Shown one piece after another: positions 59,081 through 64,000 of a DNA stretch of 64,000 nucleotides (positions are counted from its first letter, which is position 1; each line of letters opens with the position of its first letter). Position numbers and translations under genes: made by a program. Below the pieces are notes generated by a model that was given only the letters and a program-made list of their open reading frames with translations, did no database searches and was not told the origin of the DNA. The stretch comes from a virus. The stretch is from positions 59,029-123,028 of IMG/VR virus record IMGVR_UViG_3300025141_014429. One strand, 5' to 3'.

Positions 59081-59731
59081 ATGAGTTATTATTCAGATAC
59101 CAAAGCTACTCTAAGCGATCCTCGACCAGGCGGTGGATACGGATCGCTTAGAAAGTATTCGTATCATGGTCATGACCCTGTTTTAGGAACAACTGCTGGA
59201 AGTATGTCTTATTTTCCCGTAGGAAGTATGAATGATTCAAATATTAAAGAGGAAGAAATAGAAGAATTGGATGATTTTGTTGAAGATATGACACCGGAGC
59301 TTCATAATAAAATTGGTGGAATGACTTTTATTAATGATTTCGGTGCACAAGCATCAACAGATGCAAGATCTTTCACAAAAGGTCAGGCTACAATTGCTGA
59401 ACAAATGCAATTTAACACACCTGCTCGAGACGGAATATCTCCATTTTCTCATAGGACAATATATAGACAGGGGGGATTCGATGGCCCACCAATAGGTGGG
59501 GATGCTCTAAAGTCCAATTGGGCAGATAGTTCTGCAGGAGCACCGTATAGGCAAACAGGAACACTAGGTTTTGCGCATCCTGCAAAAGATCTCTCCGGAG
59601 CCAATGATGATATTGCGATGTATAACCTTCAGGACTTTTTAGAAGATCCGGAAGGTGCCAAATACCAAAGAGCAGTTCTAAAACAACAGAATAATATTAG
59701 AAAAATCCTTAACGATATCGAGAAAGAATAG
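59081..59731 (+). CDS. Hypothetical head-module protein
   Basis: Gly/Pro-rich 216-aa ORF. Confidence 0.7.
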   Translation: MSYYSDTKATLSDPRPGGGYGSLRKYSYHGHDPVLGTTAGSMSYFPVGSMNDSNIKEEEIEELDDFVEDMTPELHNKIGGMTFINDFGAQASTDARSFTKGQATIAEQMQFNTPARDGISPFSHRTIYRQGGFDGPPIGGDALKSNWADSSAGAPYRQTGTLGFAHPAKDLSGANDDIAMYNLQDFLEDPEGAKYQRAVLKQQNNIRKILNDIEKE

Positions 59732-59760
59732 GATAATCAAGATATTTAATAACGAAAGTT

Positions 59761-59768
59761 ATAATTAT
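59761..59768 (+). promoter_or_regulatory. Putative late promoter ATAnWTAT
   Basis: ATAATTAT upstream of GGAG and the scaffold-capsid operon. Confidence 0.45.
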
Positions 59769-59796
59769 ATATTGCATTCCAAATTGGAGTAAATTA

Positions 59797-61404
59797 ATGT
59801 CGAAGAGTATATACGAAGAGGCTATAGCTGATGCCAAGAAAATTAGGGAGGCAGCAGAAGTCAATGCGAAAAACGCAATTCTAGAATCTGTTACCCCTAA
59901 GATTCGTGAGTTTATTGAGCAAGCCATTCTAGAACAGGATGACGAAGATGGCGATAAAGATGCTGATAAAGTTGCTGACGGTGATAGTAATAAAAATACT
60001 TCACCAGATATCTTAGGTGGTGAACCAGAAGATGGTGCACCAGAAGATAATAGTTCTGAATCAGTTGCTCTAGACGAATCAGCAATTGGTGCACTTCTCG
60101 GACTTTTAGGTGGAGAAGATATTTTCGATGATCTAAATACGCAATCGTCAAAATCAGCGATGAATTCAGTGGTTAATGAAGCAATTGGTAATTTATCTAA
60201 ACCTGAAAGGGAAAAATTATTCAATATTGCTGATAAATTAGAAAGAAATGCAGATAAATTAGAAAGTAACGTAATAAATAATGATGTAAGCCTCAAGGAG
60301 AATAACGACATGGCACAAGAAACATTTTATGAAGTAGATCTTAGATCACTTAAGAAAGCAGTTAACGAAGGAATTGAATCCGATCACGGCGTTGAAGAAT
60401 TAAGTGACATTGAGCTTAATGAGCTTATGGGTTTATTGGAACAGGATGAAGAAGGCGAAGAACCTCCTGCTTCTGTTGGTGATATGGATCTGTTTGGAGG
60501 ACCTCCAGCTGGCGAAGGTGAAGAAGCTCCTGAAATGGAAATGCCTCCTATGGACGATGCATCTGAAGGTGACGAAGGTGAAATAGACACTGGAAATTCT
60601 GCTGTTGATGAAATATTAGCAAATTTAGTTGATCTTCTTAAAGGTGAATTAGCAGGTGAAGAACCTGAAGCTGAAGATATTGAAGTAGAAGATGAAGAAG
60701 AATTTGAAATGCCAGAAGACGAAGGTGAAGAACCTGAAGGTCCTGGAGGACTTGAAGAAGTTTACGAGATAGATCCAGCTATGCTTCGTAGAGAACTTAG
60801 AAATATTAAGAAAACATTACGTGAAGGAAAAGGTATCTCTAAAGATATGGAAGCCCAATACGGCGGAAAAGGTCACGCAAATGCAGGAATTAAAAACTCT
60901 TACGGTGGAAAGGGCACTGGCAAGGTCGGCGTTAAGCGATCTTTCGGTGGCGGCTCTGAAGGACAAGATCCTTTTGTCAACCCTCCACAAATTAATAAAC
61001 TTAACGAGGCACTACGCCAACAGGTCCGCTTGAATCGTGACTTGAGCAAGAAACTGACAAAATACAGAGGTGCAGTTAAATCACTTCGTGAGCAGTTGGA
61101 AGATCTCAATCTTTTTAATGCAAAGCTTCTTTATGTGAACAAGCTTCTCCAAAATAAGAATTTAAATGAATCGCAACGTAAGTCGATCATAAAAGCTCTT
61201 GATAAAGCAGGTTCAATTAATGAAGCAAAGACTCTATTTAGAAGTCTAACAGAAACTTTTTCTAGATCTAGAAAAGGCGGAAGCAAGACAATTAATGAGT
61301 CAAGAACACTTGGTAGTTCTTCTCGTCCAACAACCTCAGCAGCTAGTAAAAATACTGGCAACACAGAGCTTGGAAGATGGGCAAAACTTGCAGGTTTAAA
61401 ATAA
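59797..61404 (+). CDS. Prohead scaffold/core protein (T4 gp22-like)
   Basis: Very acidic middle, C-terminal coiled coil (NLFNAKLLY); positioned between protease and capsid gene; many hydrophobic-x-E sites. Confidence 0.8.
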   Translation: MSKSIYEEAIADAKKIREAAEVNAKNAILESVTPKIREFIEQAILEQDDEDGDKDADKVADGDSNKNTSPDILGGEPEDGAPEDNSSESVALDESAIGALLGLLGGEDIFDDLNTQSSKSAMNSVVNEAIGNLSKPEREKLFNIADKLERNADKLESNVINNDVSLKENNDMAQETFYEVDLRSLKKAVNEGIESDHGVEELSDIELNELMGLLEQDEEGEEPPASVGDMDLFGGPPAGEGEEAPEMEMPPMDDASEGDEGEIDTGNSAVDEILANLVDLLKGELAGEEPEAEDIEVEDEEEFEMPEDEGEEPEGPGGLEEVYEIDPAMLRRELRNIKKTLREGKGISKDMEAQYGGKGHANAGIKNSYGGKGTGKVGVKRSFGGGSEGQDPFVNPPQINKLNEALRQQVRLNRDLSKKLTKYRGAVKSLREQLEDLNLFNAKLLYVNKLLQNKNLNESQRKSIIKALDKAGSINEAKTLFRSLTETFSRSRKGGSKTINESRTLGSSSRPTTSAASKNTGNTELGRWAKLAGLK

Positions 61405-61442
61405 CAATTTATTAAAATGGATAATTTCATAAGGAGAAAATA

Positions 61443-63377
61443 ATGTCCAGATCATTTACACTTAATCAACTCACTGAAGGCATTCGTGACAGAAATGTCG
61501 GTGCTGAAGGTAATCGTTTGATTTCTAAGTGGAACAGAACTGGTCTTCTTAGAGGTCTCGCTGAACACAGTCGTGAAACAATGGCGCGCCTCTTAGAAAA
61601 CCAAGCTGCTCAATTGCTTAGAGAATCAAATAATATTTCATCTATATCATCAAACGGAGCAATGGGAACATCAGGAGATCTTCAAGGTTTCACTAACATT
61701 GCATTTCCAATTGTAAGACGTGTCTTCGGTGGTCTTGTTGCTAACGAATTGGTTTCAATTCAGCCAATGAGTCTTCCATCAGGTCTTCTTTTCTATCTTG
61801 ATTACACATACGGCACTGATGTCGGTGGTGATGACGCAAGAGGTAACGCTGGAAACCTAGGCGGTCTTAACTCTGACGGAGTTAGAGATAATGCAGCAAC
61901 ATATGCAGCGGGTCAATCAATTTATGGTTCACCTACCGGTAAGGGCATCCGCGGCGGTGCTAATGCTGTTGGTGGTAACTATGACTTGGTAGGTTCAGCT
62001 TATACTAAAGTTCATTCTGCGTCATTGAAACCTGCAGCTGCACTTGTTGGTGCTTATAACGGTACTGCAGCAATTATTGATGGTGCACAGCTCCAAGCAA
62101 CAGGATCTGACGGTAAATTGCTTAATTTTGATATTCAGCTGACTCGTGAGATCGAAGCAGGAACATCATTTTATACAGCTGGAATATTTCCAATAGCACA
62201 GCTTGGTGCTAATTTTGATAAAACAAATGCAAAATCTCTTGCATTCTTTTCAGCTTCTGATGATGAAACTCATTTAGATCTCCGTTCAGCCGGTCCTACA
62301 TTTCAACAGGGTGCAGGAATTCTTAATATTCGTCGCCTTAATGAAGTTGGAAGTGTTGTTGGGTCTACTTTTGTTTCAGATCCTATCAATGGTGATCACG
62401 TAAAAGCAATTTTTAAAGTTGACACATCTTTTGCTACAGCTGAAGCTACCAATATCAGAACTAAAGCAGACTGTCGAATGACTGCTTCATTTGCAATTGC
62501 TGATAAGTTTGATAGTGAAGCGGATTCTACCGGTGCAACACTAGTTATTCCATCATTCGAATCTAACTTTGCATCATCTCCAACGCCTATCATCCCTGAA
62601 ATCGACATTAAGATCGAATCTATTGCAGTTACAGCGACCACACGTAAGTTAAGAGCTCGTTGGTCACCAGAACTTGCGCAAGATCTTAATGCTTATCACT
62701 CGTTGGATGCTGAGGTTGAATTGACCCAGATTCTTTCTGAGCAAATTGCATTGGAAATCGATCGTGAAATTCTTAATGACCTTCTTGTTGAAGCACGTGG
62801 TGCTAACTACTACTGGAGTAGATCTCCTGGTAAGTTTGTTAATAAGACAAACGGTAATGCTGCTACTCTTGCATCTAACTTGGCAACTGGACCTTCATTT
62901 ACTGGTACAGTTAGAGAATGGTATGAGACTCTTGTTGAAACCATTATCGATGTAGCGAATGAAATTCATAGAAAGACACTTCGTGGATCTGCGAACTTTA
63001 TCGTAGTTTCTCCTGAGGTTGCTACAATCTTTGAAGCTTCTATTCTTTACAAGCCAAGCATTAAAATCGATGGAAACGGTCAAGCTTCTGCTCCTTTCCA
63101 ATTGGGTGCTGCAGCAATCGGTTCTCTTTCAAATCGTTTCACCGTTTACAAAGATCCTTACTTCCCTAGAAATAAGATCCTTGTAGGTTATAAAGGTGGA
63201 TCATATCTTGAAACAGGATACGTTTATGCTCCATACGTACCGTTGATTGTTACTCCTACAATTTTCGCTCCTGAGGACTTCACACCTAGAAAAGGTGTAA
63301 TGACCCGATACGGAAAGAAAATGGTTCGTGCTGACTTCTACGGAACAGTAACATGTTTGGATATGGATATAATCTAA
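61443..63377 (+). CDS. Major capsid protein (T4 gp23-like, HK97 fold)
   Basis: LLENQA, FPIVRRVFGGLVANELVSIQPMSLPSGLLF, TRKLRARWSPELAQDLNAYHSLDAEVELTQILSEQIALEIDREIL, YAPYVPL, KGVMTRYG. Confidence 0.97.
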   Translation: MSRSFTLNQLTEGIRDRNVGAEGNRLISKWNRTGLLRGLAEHSRETMARLLENQAAQLLRESNNISSISSNGAMGTSGDLQGFTNIAFPIVRRVFGGLVANELVSIQPMSLPSGLLFYLDYTYGTDVGGDDARGNAGNLGGLNSDGVRDNAATYAAGQSIYGSPTGKGIRGGANAVGGNYDLVGSAYTKVHSASLKPAAALVGAYNGTAAIIDGAQLQATGSDGKLLNFDIQLTREIEAGTSFYTAGIFPIAQLGANFDKTNAKSLAFFSASDDETHLDLRSAGPTFQQGAGILNIRRLNEVGSVVGSTFVSDPINGDHVKAIFKVDTSFATAEATNIRTKADCRMTASFAIADKFDSEADSTGATLVIPSFESNFASSPTPIIPEIDIKIESIAVTATTRKLRARWSPELAQDLNAYHSLDAEVELTQILSEQIALEIDREILNDLLVEARGANYYWSRSPGKFVNKTNGNAATLASNLATGPSFTGTVREWYETLVETIIDVANEIHRKTLRGSANFIVVSPEVATIFEASILYKPSIKIDGNGQASAPFQLGAAAIGSLSNRFTVYKDPYFPRNKILVGYKGGSYLETGYVYAPYVPLIVTPTIFAPEDFTPRKGVMTRYGKKMVRADFYGTVTCLDMDII

Positions 63378-63402
63378 TCTTTCGAGACTAGATTCTAGGA
63401 TG

Positions 63403-63430
63403 AAAAAGGTGGCTTCGGTCACCTTTTTTT
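63403..63430 (+). terminator. Intrinsic terminator after the major capsid gene
   Basis: AAAAAGGTGGC-TTCG-GTCACCTTTTTTT: stem, cUUCGg tetraloop, U-tract. Confidence 0.88.
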
Positions 63431-63453
63431 ATACATTTTATCTGCCGCAGTTT

Positions 63454-63461
63454 ATATTTAT
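63454..63461 (+). promoter_or_regulatory. Putative late promoter ATAnWTAT
   Basis: ATATTTAT between the terminator and the 63502 start. Confidence 0.4.
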
Positions 63462-63474
63462 AACACTCATAAAT

Positions 63475-63488
63475 CACACACACACACA
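63475..63488 (+). repeat. (CA)7 dinucleotide run in a 5' leader
   Basis: CACACACACACACA directly before AAAGGAGG SD. Confidence 0.9.
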
Positions 63489-63501
63489 AAAGGAGGAAAT
63501 T

Positions 63502-63711
63502 ATGAGTAGTGCGTATAGCCTTAGAGCTGGTTTGTTATCACAAGCAGAAGGAATCTTAATGACAAAATACCAAATTGAATATGACAGAGTTAGGTATTTA
63601 TGTGATAGAGATTTAATTGATCCAAAAACTGTCACGTGGCCAGAGCCACCAGAGACAGAAGCTATTTTAGCAGAAGCCGAAAAGCTTTACAAGTTTGTGC
63701 AAACCAAGTAA
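63502..63711 (+). CDS. Small hypothetical phage protein
   Basis: MSSAYSLRAGLL...EAEKLYKFVQTK; ATG 63502 after AGGAGG (track start 63400 runs through the terminator). Confidence 0.8.
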   Translation: MSSAYSLRAGLLSQAEGILMTKYQIEYDRVRYLCDRDLIDPKTVTWPEPPETEAILAEAEKLYKFVQTK

Positions 63712-63735
63712 AATTTTACTGGATGAGTAAAAACT

Positions 63736-63764
63736 AAGGGTGATACTCATGTGTCACCTTTTTT
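63736..63764 (+). terminator. Intrinsic terminator
   Basis: AAGGGTGATAC-TCAT-GTGTCACCTTTTTT. Confidence 0.75.
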
Positions 63765-63777
63765 ATTGTGAGGAATT

Positions 63778-64000
63778 ATGTTGTTATCACTATTAAGTCT
63801 TTTAACCTTTGCACACACACCTGATCTAGAAATCACAGTGGAAGCGAAACAGTATGAAGAGATATACGTAGAAGAGCCGAGGATTATATCAGAATTGACT
63901 CTAGAAGGTGAGGATTATGAAACTGTTATATTCACTCTAATGAATGCTCATCACAGCTTCTGGTACAAAGGAGGCGATATTGGTGCTATTTATAATAAAG
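63778..64000 (+). CDS. Hypothetical protein with signal-peptide-like N-terminus, 3'-partial
   Basis: ATG after GAGGA; MLLSLLSLLTFAH...; frame open to the window end. Confidence 0.6.
   Translation, partial: MLLSLLSLLTFAHTPDLEITVEAKQYEEIYVEEPRIISELTLEGEDYETVIFTLMNAHHSFWYKGGDIGAIYNK

Noticed and set aside
59709-60311. 200-aa reverse-strand ORF (and similar minus-strand ORFs such as 14139..14585 and 24691..25005)
   Set aside because: They lie antisense to well-supported + strand genes, have Ser/Leu/Phe-rich shadow composition and lack motifs.
48911-63377. Inteins or group I introns in SbcCD, terminase, portal or capsid
   Set aside because: No intein terminal motifs or LAGLIDADG/HNH segments; conserved motifs are contiguous.
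63400-63501. N-terminal extension of the track ORF 63400..63711
   Set aside because: It runs through a terminator, a putative promoter and the CA run; the strong SD supports a start at 63502.
3101-63777. tRNA or other structured ncRNA genes in intergenic gaps
   Set aside because: Gaps are at most about 125 nt and are filled by promoters or terminators; no cloverleaf or T-loop signature was seen.
1-64000. Giant eukaryotic virus (NCLDV) origin suggested by sugar genes and low GC
   Set aside because: T4-type portal, protease and HK97-fold capsid, Shine-Dalgarno sites and sigma70-like promoters indicate a bacterial phage.
1-64000. Stop-codon reassignment
   Set aside because: Conserved genes are full length under the standard code, and TAA, TAG and TGA all end genes with the next gene starting immediately.

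Overview
AT-rich (roughly 30-35% GC by eye), gene-dense segment of a large tailed dsDNA phage (Caudoviricetes) with a T4-like head module. All credible genes are on the + strand in the standard genetic code, and many have Shine-Dalgarno sites. Order: (1) 1-6.8 kb nucleotide-sugar cluster (methyltransferase, NeuA-like cytidylyltransferase, DRE-TIM aldolase-like, SDR, HAD, Fcl, Gmd, short UDP-sugar dehydrogenase, epimerase); (2) 6.8-12.5 kb QueF-like protein lacking the catalytic Cys, ferredoxin, Cas4/AddB-like nuclease, two GT4 glycosyltransferases, gp55-like sigma factor; (3) 12.5-42.8 kb baseplate/tail block (gp5-, gp25-, gp6-, gp7/P2 gpI-like, plus very large LamG/FN3-like proteins); (4) 42.8-52.3 kb RuvC-like resolvase, primase, PAP2-Fic fusion, MoxR-VWA pair, fused SbcD-SbcC; (5) 52.7-63.4 kb terminase, portal, prohead protease, scaffold, major capsid protein; then terminators and small genes. 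Two putative promoter classes are visible: sigma70-like sites before the DNA-metabolism genes and an ATAnWTAT motif before structural operons. No tRNA, CRISPR array, intein, integrase or transposase was seen. The most interesting leads are the PAP2-Fic fusion with a possible head-packaging propeptide, a possible virion-glycosylation system with a non-canonical ulosonic-acid route, and the Cys-less QueF. All protein calls come from motif recognition by eye; no database search was run.
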